A program made the translations under genes and the position numbers. A stretch of DNA of 64,000 bases from Trichosphaerium sp. ATCC 40318 (lineage: Eukaryota > Protista > Tubulinea). This document shows positions 39,665 through 50,904 of this stretch, piece after piece. Positions within the stretch are counted from its first letter, which is position 1, and each line of letters opens with the position of its first letter. Location of the stretch: contig JALMLS010000552.1 of assembly GCA_038496445.1 (NCBI GenBank), positions 62,001 to 126,000 on the forward strand, read 5' to 3'. The notes beneath the pieces were generated by a model. The model did not search any database. It was not told the DNA's origin and worked only from the letters and a program-made list of their open reading frames with translations.

Positions 39665-39765
39665 GTCTAAAACCAAAAAACGGCAGCCAAAAGCCGACAA
39701 ACTCTACAGCACCTATTTTACTACTACTTCTGAGAGTTTGGCTGCCGTTTTTTGATTTTGGCTTG
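39665..39765. repeat. Foldback inverted repeat
   Basis: aaaaccaaaaaacggcagccaaa ... tttggctgccgttttttgatttt. A related end occurs at ~28457-28510. Confidence 0.6.
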
Positions 39766-40561
39766 AGATTTCAGGCCAACACAAAATCACGTGCTTATTT
39801 TTTTTTTTACCAACTTCCGCAAAGTGTTGTTAACGCATCTATAAGGCGTGTAAGAGGAGAGGAAGGCCTATTGGACCGTTTTCAAAACTCAAATCAAAAA
39901 AATACCAAAAACAGTGCGTCAAACTACTCCAATAATCACACTTACACAAGGATAGGCAGTTGAATTTTGGGAATTGGATGTGGATTTTGTTGCTAGTCAA
40001 GTTCCTGCTAATGATAAAAGAGTACGCAAGGCATTTGACTGGAGCACACTAGATGTTTTGGATGAAAATAATGGCATTGGAGATGAGACTTTTTGTCTTT
40101 AATACGGAAAAATGACAAAAAAACTTAATCGACTGATGGAGAATGGTCAATAGTTTTTAGAGCTCTCTTAAGCTACACGCATATACCTAACATATAGTAG
40201 CTTGTATACAAAAAATAAATTCGCTGTTTTACGGGTTTCTAAGTTGTTGACGATTTTTTTTCCAAATGGGTACTGCTTAGTAAAATTCGCTCTAATGCAA
40301 CTGAATATAAGCCACCCGCTACAGCCAACAAAAGTACGTTCGTACATACAAAACATGAAAATCTAGCCGATTTTCTTCGCCAACTACGTTTGACTACAAT
40401 TAAAAAATTTCGAAGGTACATGCCATATCACGTGGCTCACAGAAACAACGTTTTTAACTACGCTAGGCGTTTGCTCTAAAACGTAGCGATTGAGAAGTTT
40501 TTTTACCTTTTTCGCGCTTTTTTGCCAGCTGATGTAGGTTTAGTATTCAGCAGAAAGTACA

Positions 40562-42150
40562 ATGCTGTTTGGAGAAAAGAAAGCTATCAAAAGTAGAGTG
40601 GCGCTCATTGGTTCGCTTTTTACCCTTTTTCTTACTTACTTACAGTGTTTAGGGAGCGCTAACGCTGGTAAAACTAAAGTTTTTAGACGATTTTCTCAAA
40701 AAACGTACTCAGGTGACCCAGAAGTACTATGACCCGTTTAACTTTTTTCTGTCGCTCATTAATATTAGCGAGGCATTCACTTTGTTTCACGACGAGTTGA
40801 ATTGTATGAAGCTAGTGTTACACTACAAATATGGGCAAGTTTGTATCATTCATGTCAAAATATTGCGCAGGTTTTTGTTTCTGGATCAAAAGTCAACGCT
40901 ATGATTAACTTGATTGATAAGTGCATATAAAAATATGCTAACGTATTATAGGATATTCCGCAGAAATCATATAACCAGCCCTATTCTCGAAGAGCTTCAG
41001 GGATCATGATTTTTGTTGATATCTGCGCTGATCCAACTTTTACACATGTGTTACAATTCTGTGAAGAAATCAAAAACTGTCACTTCCCAGGGACTCAAGA
41101 CCCTGTCCTTACTATTCTCATCCTAACAAAGGTACCAGTTAATTTTGGTTAACTCTTAGAAATTGACAAGTGTAGATGGACAAAGAAGATTACACTCGTT
41201 GCAGGAAAAGTAATGATGAACTAGATAGCTTTTGTGAAGAACATGGATTCCTCACATGGTTTGACACATCAGCAAAGGACAATATTAACATTGAAGAACC
41301 GTTTTTGTTTATGGCCAAAGAAATAGCCAGAAAAGAAAAGGATATTGAAGAAAAAAGAAAATTGGAGCATGTTGAAAAACCACGTAGATCATTTTTTAGT
41401 CGTATTTTTCGAAAGAAAATAACTAAGAAAGCACCCAACCAAACACCAGCAATCAATACAGATGACGTAAATAAGAAAGAAAATACTGCAATGACACCAG
41501 CAAGCATTAAATACGATGAAAATAAGATTGACAATGCGAAAAAGATAGATGCAGAGTTGAAAGAAGATCCAGAAGAGAAGTACTTATCAAAATTTGTTGA
41601 TCCCAATTGTGAATACACCAAGTTTGGAGATGATCCTGAGCATATTGATATCATTCAAGACGCTCTTGAAGCCCTTGAAATACAGAAACATCGAACAGGC
41701 CACATTAACAAGGTAACATTTTTAAAAGAATTATGTCTTATGTAATTGATGATCATTTAGTCTGAACCAAATAATATTGAATTGTTTATTGAACATCTAC
41801 GTTTGAATGAGGTACATTTTATTTAAACTAATTGTGTTAAGAATAATTCTAACAACAGAACAACTCTTTTAATATTGGCACTCTATCTATGGTGGATAAT
41901 GCCGTTTCTACAAATTCATGGATAGACAAAGACAGTTCCATGAATGAAACAAAGGTAGCTACTCCACAGTAGTTGCCAACTAAATATTAATATTACTTTA
42001 GCCGACATTCAGTTCTCCTTCAACGGCTTCAACATACCAACAGCCCAACAATGCACTTAATTGGAAAGAAAGACTGGCCAGTTGGGTATTGAATGTGAAG
42101 GAGCACAGGAACTTGGATCATTGAACGATGCTGTTATTAAAGTGACTAGT
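40562..42150 (+). pseudogene. Rab32/38-like GTPase-cassette fusion, copy 4; SAM exon frameshifted and truncated
   Basis: VALIGSANAGKT; W|DIPQ; TK|MD; FCEEHGFLTWFDTSAKDNINI; KFGDD; SWIDKD. The SAM exon has an indel at ~42080 and homology ends after VIKVT. Confidence 0.7.
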
Positions 42151-42737
42151 TCACTAGTAGCATTTAGATGCCCTGTTTTAAAAGTGTTACATAGTGTAGA
42201 GCAAAACAAGAGTTTACAAATTATAGATAGTGTTAGAGAAGCGAACAAGAGCTTTGCTATTTGGTTACATGGTGTAGAAACTCTGTGTTTTGCAAGGATT
42301 TGACTGAAATACCACTATTTTATTTTAACATTATGCTACTTTATAATAGATACACTCCTAATTCGTTGTACACATGTGGCTATATGAGTTTACCCTATTA
42401 TCAAGTAGCATTATTTCTAGTCAAATCCTAAAGTCTCATTGAATACCTTGAAACTTGTTCATCTAGTGAAGCACTACTTGATTCTATGTGAAGTCACATA
42501 CTCGTACTAATCAGCGTCTAAAGCTTGAATAAGAGTACTTATAAGAATAATGGCGATCTTCTGTTTTGTGTTGTTAAATATATCTTTATTTTTGGTACAT
42601 AAAACGTGCTACACTCATCTTTAAACGTGCCATCAATGGGTAAAGTACTGTGAAACTTGGAAGTTGGTCGTAAGTTATAACGTTGTAACTTAATAATGCT
42701 GGCCGTCCATATATACCTGTCTCTTAAAATTAGGTGT

Positions 42738-43577
42738 TTACTTAGTCACCAAAGGCAAGTTATAGTATTGGTCTTGGATGCAATGTATCCCAAGTGCTTC
42801 AACAGCCTTTGCCGTAATTGAAGTCTTATAATGAAGTTCAATGCACTTTAGAGACTTTAAGTGCTTCAAGCAAGAGTTTGTGATGCTGGTGCAATTCCAT
42901 AAATTGAGTTGTTCAAGATTAACCAAATGCTTTATACCTTCGTCTGTTATCTCATAACAAAAGCTCATATCTAAGTGCTTGGCATTTATTAAAGATTTGA
43001 TCCCAACGTCTGTTATTCTCCCTCCAGCTGATATGTGTACACTATGAACATTGCCAAGATGTTTGAGCCATGAATCTTCCGGATCTCGTATTGTAATGCT
43101 GTGAACATCTTTAAGTGCCTCTATTCCTTCCGCAGTAATATCAATACAACCATATAGGGAAATTGTATGTACACCTTTCAGTGCTTTTAACGAAACATCC
43201 GTCACTGATGTGTTGTCCAAGTTAATTTCACGAATATACTGACTTCCTTGTACTAGTGCAAGGATACCTTCATCAGTTATTTTTGATTCACGTAGATTTA
43301 TAGCTTGAACTCCAGAAAGACAAGCCATGTCATCCTTTGATAGTTGCGAGAATTTACAATTAATTTTAGTATTTTTAAGAAGAGGACTGCCCTTGAGAAC
43401 AAGGCAATCCGCTGACGATCTCACACGGATAACAATAAAGCCGATATTTTGTCTAACAATGTCGTTAAACACGTGCGATACAGCAGATGCTGTAATACGC
43501 TGTTTTTTGTTTAAATAGGTTAGAATATGCGTTAATGTCTCAGCTGGTAGCTTTTGTAGTGATAACACTTGATTCAT
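42738..43577 (-). CDS. Intronless F-box + LRR protein
   Basis: LQKLPAETLTHILTYL..ASAVSHVF (F-box) followed by ITDEGI/VHTISL repeats. Paralogous to 1911-3148. Confidence 0.88.
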   Translation of the reverse strand: MNQVLSLQKLPAETLTHILTYLNKKQRITASAVSHVFNDIVRQNIGFIVIRVRSSADCLVLKGSPLLKNTKINCKFSQLSKDDMACLSGVQAINLRESKITDEGILALVQGSQYIREINLDNTSVTDVSLKALKGVHTISLYGCIDITAEGIEALKDVHSITIRDPEDSWLKHLGNVHSVHISAGGRITDVGIKSLINAKHLDMSFCYEITDEGIKHLVNLEQLNLWNCTSITNSCLKHLKSLKCIELHYKTSITAKAVEALGIHCIQDQYYNLPLVTK

Positions 43578-44011
43578 CGTAGAGGTTTAGACAATAAAAA
43601 AATACCATGCGACTTAGCGCCATTAAGTCATTGTAAAGCTGCTATGATTATCGCCTGGTGCAATATAATGTTTTCAAGGTTTTATGACACATGTCTTACA
43701 CATGATTGTTGACTACTTTTAATTAAATTTGCCAACGTATTCACTTGTTTTAAAGTGTTTGTTTTGCTACATAGTATTTTACAAAAACAGGCAACCTAAA
43801 TCGAAATAACTCTATTCTAACAACACTATTAGTGCTGGATGCTTTTTGAAGATTTGCATCCCTACCCCTTTGGTTCTTTTTCTTGTGCGCTTTTTGTTGG
43901 ATCAATCCATGCGCTAAGACGACTAATCCAAAAGTTAAAACAATTCAAGAAAAAGAAAAAGTAACAGCTATAACAATTTTTCTTTTATTTGTACGCTAAA
44001 CAACAGTTGCA

Positions 44012-45963
44012 TTAAAGTAGCATATTTTTCTTGGCTTTGATGATTGTGATACGTTCCATTGCATTGAATCCCAACGCTTCTAAAATACTACCAGTAATAT
44101 CAGTCAGCTTGATGACAGCTTCATTCATCAATGATCCAAGTTCCTGTGCTCTTTCATATGCAACGCCTACCTTGACAAGTCTTTCTTTCCAATCAAGTTC
44201 TTTGTTAGGCTGTTGGTACGTTGAAGTTGTTGAAGGAGGACTGAATGTTGCCTAAATAAATGACATTGATACGTAATAAGTAATTGAAGTTGGGCTACCT
44301 TTGTTTCATTCACGGAACTATCTTTGTCTATCCATGAATTTGTAGATACTGCATCTATGATGGACGAATAACTTTTATCTTTTATCAAATTTTGATGATT
44401 TTCTTGCACTAGAAAGTCATTGGTATTTGGTTCAGTTGACTAAACAGGACATAAGATACATACATCTTTCTAACACATACCTCATTGCTTTGGTCTTTTT
44501 GGTGTTGCTGTATTTCAAACGCTTCAAGAGCGTCTTGAATAATATCAAGATGGTCAGGATCATCTCCAAACTTGGTGTAATCGCGATTGGGATCTTCAAG
44601 CGCTTTTGACAAGTACTTCTCTTTTGGATCTTCTTTCAACTCTGCACGCTCTATCTTTTTTGCGTTGTCTTTCTTATCTCTGTTGTAGTCTGTACTGATT
44701 GCTGGCGTCACTGAGTAATTGTGCTTCACTGATCTTCGACTTTTAACAGCGGCAAGAGGTTGGCTTTGATACGACCCCTTTGTAGGTTTGATGCGCCTTG
44801 GTGGTATTTTGTATGATTGAGGGCTTTTTGGGAAGAGCATGTGGCCTATATTTATCCAAACTGAGTGTTTGTTTTGTAGTATCATCATATACAAGCCTTT
44901 TTGTCTGATTTCCTTCTTTCTTTCGAAAAATACGGCTCCAAAATGGTACCTGTGTTGGTCTTTCAGCAATTGTTATCGGAAGCTTCATGGCAGGTGTATG
45001 TGAACTCATGACATTCTCTTCTCTTTCTAGTATTTCTTTGGCCATATATGTGAAGGGTTCTAAAACATTATAATCGTCCTTTGCTGATGTTTCAAACCAC
45101 GTGAGGAATCCATGTTCTTCACAAAAGTTATCCATTTCAACATCACTCCTTTTGAAATCCTGGAAGGGTTTCAAGTCACGCTATTCTGCTTGTCAGCATT
45201 CTGTTGAAAGAGTATTGATTGAAGTGCCTTGGTTAAAATAAGAAGAGTAGGAACAGGATCTTGAGTGTCAGGGAATAGAACATTGCTTATTTCTTTGCGC
45301 CACAGGATTGGGTCTATAAGACTTGGATCAGAAATAATGTCAACAAAAATCATGATCCCCAAGGCTCCTCTGGCATACATCTAATTTGAACGTGTTTAAC
45401 AAGATGTCAAATAGTAAACAGTTCAGCTCAATTTCATACTTGGACTAGTTCTCTAAATCGCTCTTGACCTACAATTATAATGAGCAAAATTCCGCTTGAA
45501 ACAACAGACCTGCAGTATCCTACAAATACAAGTTAAAAAAAATGCTGATGATATTTTGTTTGATTCTATTCTAAATTACTTGCATATATCGCAAGAGTCA
45601 CAGTAGTGTTATCAAAATGTATTTTTTTGACGGCCGCTAAGTAGGAGCCTATCTAATGTTGAAATAAGCCAAAGGAGTGATGTTAGAACGATTGCTTTAA
45701 TAGACGCTGAAAAGGACACGTTTATATGTACAGTGGGGTAACAAGACGAGAATACGTGTTGTGTTAAGCGTTGTAAAAGTACAGTTTTACCCGCATTACA
45801 ACTTCCTAAATTACTGTTAGTATTACAAAGAGTAGAAAGGCTAACCAATGAGGACCACTTTCTTTTGTTCAGGTATTTTATTTTCTACTGTTTTGTACTA
45901 CATTACACTGATGAGCACGCGTTTTAAAACAATTTATGTAAGCCACGTGCTGGGACGTACCAT
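44012..45963 (-). CDS. Rab32/38-like GTPase-SAM fusion, copy 5 (unresolved frame change in the linker at ~44750-44950)
   Basis: M|YKTVE..VVLIG|SCNAGKT; Y|DTA|GQERF; TK|RD; FCEEHGFLTWFETSAKDD; KFGDD; SWIDKD; SAM-like end ..LGFNAMERITIIKAKKNMLL. Confidence 0.75.
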
Positions 45964-46390
45964 ATTGGAGTGTATTATTGCGTGAGTCAAAATTAGTCGC
46001 GTGGAGTAATAAAAAGAACGTTTTGGTTTTTGTAAATGATACGATTTTTAGCAATGGATGGCATACATACACTTTAGTTTTTTCAGTTACAACTACATTC
46101 TACTCCGTGGGGTGAATAATTTATAGGCAATCAACCACTAGTTTTAAAAAGCGTAAAAAGCAAAAAAAAAACTCAACAAAAAAAATCAATCATCTCTCGT
46201 CATGTGATTGAAACTGTTTCTCAATTACATTTGGAAAAACTTGCTCAAGCAATAGATAATTGCTCTTGGATTGCATAAAACATATTTTAAGTGATCGAGA
46301 TATCCTACCAGTGCATTAAAAAACAGATTGCACAACAAAAAAATATAAAAACCGATTAAAGCATTACATTGTATTCTAATTTCGAAAATA

Positions 46391-47641
46391 ATGCGTAGAG
46401 CAACAATAATACCAAGCGAATGCTTTTCATCATTATTTACAGCGATGGGAATTTGGTTGACTCCCTGTAAATCTCGTCAAAGGCCATCAACAGCTACTGC
46501 TTTGAAACGTCTTCCGGTGCCAAAGAAGAAGATGACTAGCTACAAAAGCAAGAACCAGCCAGATAACAGTACGTTATATCCACGTGATTGTTCACAGTTT
46601 AGTTCTGTTTACGGTTGTTTTAGAATCTCAAAGGTCAACTGGGCCAAATGTAACCTGTACGTCTTTACTCTCATTTTACAAACATTTGTAAACGGTTTCA
46701 TTAACGACTTTAGTTTCGCCACCCCAAACCCTACCAAACAGACGCACACAAAGGAATAGAAGCCATTTCCAGGCTTTTAAGTACGTACATTTTTTATTTA
46801 GTTTTCAACCTGTCACTTTTTTTTTGAACTTTTCGTTAACGTTGGTTAGCTTTACACGCTCAATTGTTGACAAGAGCGGAAATCGCCGCTTCGGGCCTCA
46901 TAAAATGCGTGTTGGGAGTTTAAACTCTTCGTGTTTCACGAAAGTAACGAGAGTTCTATGCGATCTCTTTGATAAGTTACTTTACACAGCTAACTGTGAT
47001 CATGAGTGGGAAGGCGATTACAGCCTTATTAGAGATATTTCCGGTTGGAACAACTTTCTGGCGAAAAGTTCCAATTGGGAGCTGTTCAAACGGAAGTTTG
47101 GTATTTATAGAGACCAATTCCGATTCTCAGAGAACATCCGGTGTCTGGTTGGATATAGAAACATGGTTGCGCATGATGATCAAAAACCACTTTCTCAAGA
47201 TCTACCAACTGTTCTACTTGCAAAAATCGTTATTGACTCTGTCGAGTATGTCCGCAAGTGCTTCAGAATTCTAAGATGTAATCCTCCGAAGGAATTACAA
47301 GGAAACATCATTGAAGGTACGTACTGAGGTCTTCTTTCGTTTCTTTCTGATTTTATTCTGTAGCTTGTATGAATGAAATTATAGAAGAGTATAACATGCT
47401 AACTGGTAACAACACCGCGTTGAAAACAGAAGGAAACGATTTGAACAAACACAGAATGCAAAATCTTGTGAAAAATAATAGAGAAAAAACTGCGATTATT
47501 AGCCAACAAAAGCAGAAGCTCAAGGCTAAAGAGTGCGAAATTGCAGGCTTGAAGCTTTCTATCACCAGAAAGCTTGAAACAAAGAAAAGAAAAAGAGAGG
47601 AGGAAGAAGAAACGAAGAAGAAAAAAAAAGAAAAATTCTAA
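46391..47641 (+). CDS. HEPN (Swt1-like) ribonuclease-domain protein with a C-terminal coiled coil and basic tail, multi-exon; start codon uncertain
   Basis: In-frame splicing across four introns. NWELFKRKF..FSENIRCLVGYRNMVAH carries the Rx4H motif at 47157-47174, followed by a heptad-like segment and KKRKRE..KKKKK. Confidence 0.7.
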
Positions 47642-48017
47642 GAAGACATTCTTTTAGAGTGTAGAGCCTTGTTGCTCTTTCATCTTTTCTTGTTACTCAA
47701 GTAACGATCTTGTACATATATCAGTGTAGTAATAGATGTATATTTTTCCAACTTGGTTGTGTTAGCTTTGCTAAATCAGGGCATTGCAATTTCTGGTTTT
47801 TTCGCAAAGTTGCTTCTGTTTCACAGATTGTACCAAGTCTTTTCTATTGTGTTTCTCTGTATTCAATTTCCTCACGCACGAGTACTACAGAAACGCTAAA
47901 ACTCTGAATTCTAGTCAAAATCAGACTTTACGAAAATAAACTGGAACTCTACAAATTAGCTGTAACTCATCGCGAAGCATCTCATTACGTGTAAAACACT
48001 CTTGAACACAAACTACA

Positions 48018-48953
48018 ATGGAAGTGCTACAAAACGATACCAAAGCCAAACGATGTTTCTCAGACAACTGCGTAGTCATGTATCCTTTCCTGGACCACAT
48101 AAACAATGATATGTTCAATGTAATCGTCAGTATGGTGCTATTAGATGAAGCACCAGCTGTAGCGCTTTTAAAAGCTACAAACAAACGTATCTATCAACGT
48201 ATAGCGTCCAATCAAACTTTTACGCCCGATAAGCTTAAAGAAATCGCATTTCTTCAAATACTCAACCCTGACCGTGAAACATACCTAAAAGTACTTGAAT
48301 CAGTACAACGAGGCAAGTACAGAGTGTTTTGCTCCAATCAAGAAAAAACAAGCCTTATCTCGTTTTCTTCGATTTATGAATCTCTCTCAACTCCTAGACT
48401 ATTCGGTATGGGCATTAACGCAATTGCTGCTATCACATCAGAAGATACAAAAAAGGACTTACCTTGGCCAAACTCGATTTTTTGTGAAGACTGTTTGGAA
48501 CTAAGGGGCGATGGAATAGATGGTTTTCGTACCTTTGCCGCTGCACGTGTACTTGATAAGAATGTTTGTAGTAGACATATTAACCACAAGGAAGCGTTTA
48601 CTCCTCTTGTATGTGCGACCTGTAGCTTGGGAGATGCTATATTTGAATGGGAAGGAAAGAACTATTGTTCGAAATGTATGATAAAAGGACCAGTTCGTTC
48701 ATTGAAATATATTGTACATCATAAGGTTTTTGACAAGGATGAGAGCCCAGAAGATGTTGAATCAAACATACCTGGAGTGTATACTATTGATAAAGATAAT
48801 CCAGAGCTTGGTGTGGAACATTTAGATGATGAAATGAAAGCAAAAGTCGCAGATCCTAACAGCTTTGTGTTTTACATTCAGAAGGTACATGAAACCTTCT
48901 ATAATTGTCAGCCTTTTAGATGTTGTTGCCTATGGATCCTTGGATGGGATTAA
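48018..48953 (+). CDS. F-box-like + Cys-rich family, copy 2 (intact, intronless)
   Basis: FLDHINNDMFNVIV..LLKATNKRIY (F-box-like); CxxC, CxxH, CxxC, CxxC and CCCLWILGWD motifs. Confidence 0.75.
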   Translation: MEVLQNDTKAKRCFSDNCVVMYPFLDHINNDMFNVIVSMVLLDEAPAVALLKATNKRIYQRIASNQTFTPDKLKEIAFLQILNPDRETYLKVLESVQRGKYRVFCSNQEKTSLISFSSIYESLSTPRLFGMGINAIAAITSEDTKKDLPWPNSIFCEDCLELRGDGIDGFRTFAAARVLDKNVCSRHINHKEAFTPLVCATCSLGDAIFEWEGKNYCSKCMIKGPVRSLKYIVHHKVFDKDESPEDVESNIPGVYTIDKDNPELGVEHLDDEMKAKVADPNSFVFYIQKVHETFYNCQPFRCCCLWILGWD

Positions 48954-49421
48954 ATACTCTTCCTAGTTGCTTGGGGATAATACTAACTATATAATAAATA
49001 CGTTACAAACACATTTCTGTTTTTTTTCGTGTTTGTTATTTTAAGCAATTGATTAGGCTGTAAGCGTTGACAATATGTCAACGTGGAAAGAGCAATAATC
49101 ACCTAATAAAAAAGAAGACATTCAATGCATAGTACATTCTTGCTTGATGCAGTTAAAATTAGAGTAGTGACCTTAAACTGTTAGAGAAAAAAGCTTTATT
49201 AAAGATTGTTTTACCAAACCGTTTACACATCCCATCCGAGAATCCAAAGGCAAACACAATCAAAGCCATCATGGAAATATACATCTGTTTCTATGTGTTG
49301 AATACAGAATCAAAACTATTAGGATCAGCCAGTTTCTCTTGTGTTTCGTAATCTAAATTGTCCACAGCAAGCCGTGTGTCATTTCGTCGTTGCCTAACCC
49401 ATTTTGTAGTTTTATCTAATG

Positions 49422-50195
49422 TATTGTATGTTTCATTCAAGTTTTACTAATATTTTCTAGAAAGTGAGTTTTTAGCACTTTTAGCAGATCTAGCAAGATC
49501 TGACACTTCTGTCAAATGGTGTAGATCTATCACAATGTGAACTATTTGTGTTACAATGTTGTCCTTCATTGTATGACTTAGGTACCTTACGGTAAGTGAT
49601 AGCAAAATTTTCAATGTAAGTTTCAACAGACCATGGAAGATGATCGCAGTATTTTTACCTACGCCAACTGTACACGGTACGATCAAACCACAGAGGTGTT
49701 CAATGCGCTAAAAGCGAATTAAAAAGGTATGATGTCCTACAAAGCTATCGCATTACCGCCAAACACGGTATGAATGCCTCAAACACTGTTTGCTGTATGT
49801 TTTGCTTCAAAAAATCAACGTACGTGTATAACTTACTAGCGCTACGCTAGCGCCTACCCCACGCTAACAGAAGCGCTATGGTAGCATCCAAGCAGCAATG
49901 AAGGTGTAACAACGTCAAAACCGCCCCAAAACACCGCCAGCGTTGCTGTAGGCTTTGTAAACGCCGCTAGGCGTCAAATATGTAAATAAAAAAGTTTGCT
50001 CTGGGGTTTGTTAAATCACGTGGTTTGAAACGGTTGGATTCACTGGACAGGCGTGAGGGTAGATCACATTTAAAAAAATGACAATTTGCAAGATCTGTCA
50101 GAAGTCAAATCCGTCAGATCTGACAGATCGGGCAGAAACTGGATTTTTTTTGCTAAAAGTCAGTCTGTCTCAAAACTTGAATGAAACAGACAATA
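49422..50195. mobile_element. MITE-like element, copy B
   Basis: 24-bp TIR with one mismatch: tattgtatgtttcattcaagtttt (49422-49445) versus 50172-50195. No coding capacity. Confidence 0.7.
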
Positions 50196-50385
50196 TGTGA
50201 TGTACCTGATTGCACGCCATCGCAAGATTTCCATATTGTCCGTATGTATGCTATACGCAATAAGGTTAGTTAGTTAGTGTCATATTCCTAAACGCACTTT
50301 AATATTCAAGAATTCAACGAAAACCTTATTGTATTTTTAGGAAGCTTGCTTATTATTCCTTTGTTCAACAAAATACTGACGCGCC

Positions 50386-50904
50386 ATGCTAACAATACTT
50401 GTATTTGTAATATTAACTACAGCACAGTTATGCTATTCATTGGAGGTTCCACGTAATGAAACTACCTATTGTCACCAACTATCAAAAAACACGTGCTACA
50501 AAACTGGAGGCTGTTTTTACTGCAGGTTTGTCAACCACGTGTCATTAAATATTCCTAAAGGCTATTAGTCAACGGCAAAAGTGTTTATATACTTATGAAA
50601 ATTGTAACACATTAAGTAAGCAATATAACTAAGTACGAAGAACTCTAACTTGCTTTAGATCTTGATATTTTCTTTGAACTTGGTTTCGGACTGATATGTA
50701 TTGTGTTTCTTACTGGTTTATGTATTTGGGCTTGTTGTTGTAAAAGATGTCGCGACAAATACTTTGGAGCCAAGCCTGCAGTGGAGGTTCCCATTATTTC
50801 GCCAAGTACTATTTTTTCCTTAATTTAATCTGACTTGGTATAAATGTTCTCTTACACTATGTTCAGGCAGCGGTAGTATTAATTCTAAAACGTTGTACCA
50901 TTAA
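50386..50904 (+). CDS. Small type I membrane protein with a PSI-like Cys domain (PTTG1IP-like), multi-exon
   Basis: Signal peptide; C..C....GCFYC....C; TM segment; juxtamembrane WACCCKRCR. Confidence 0.6.
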
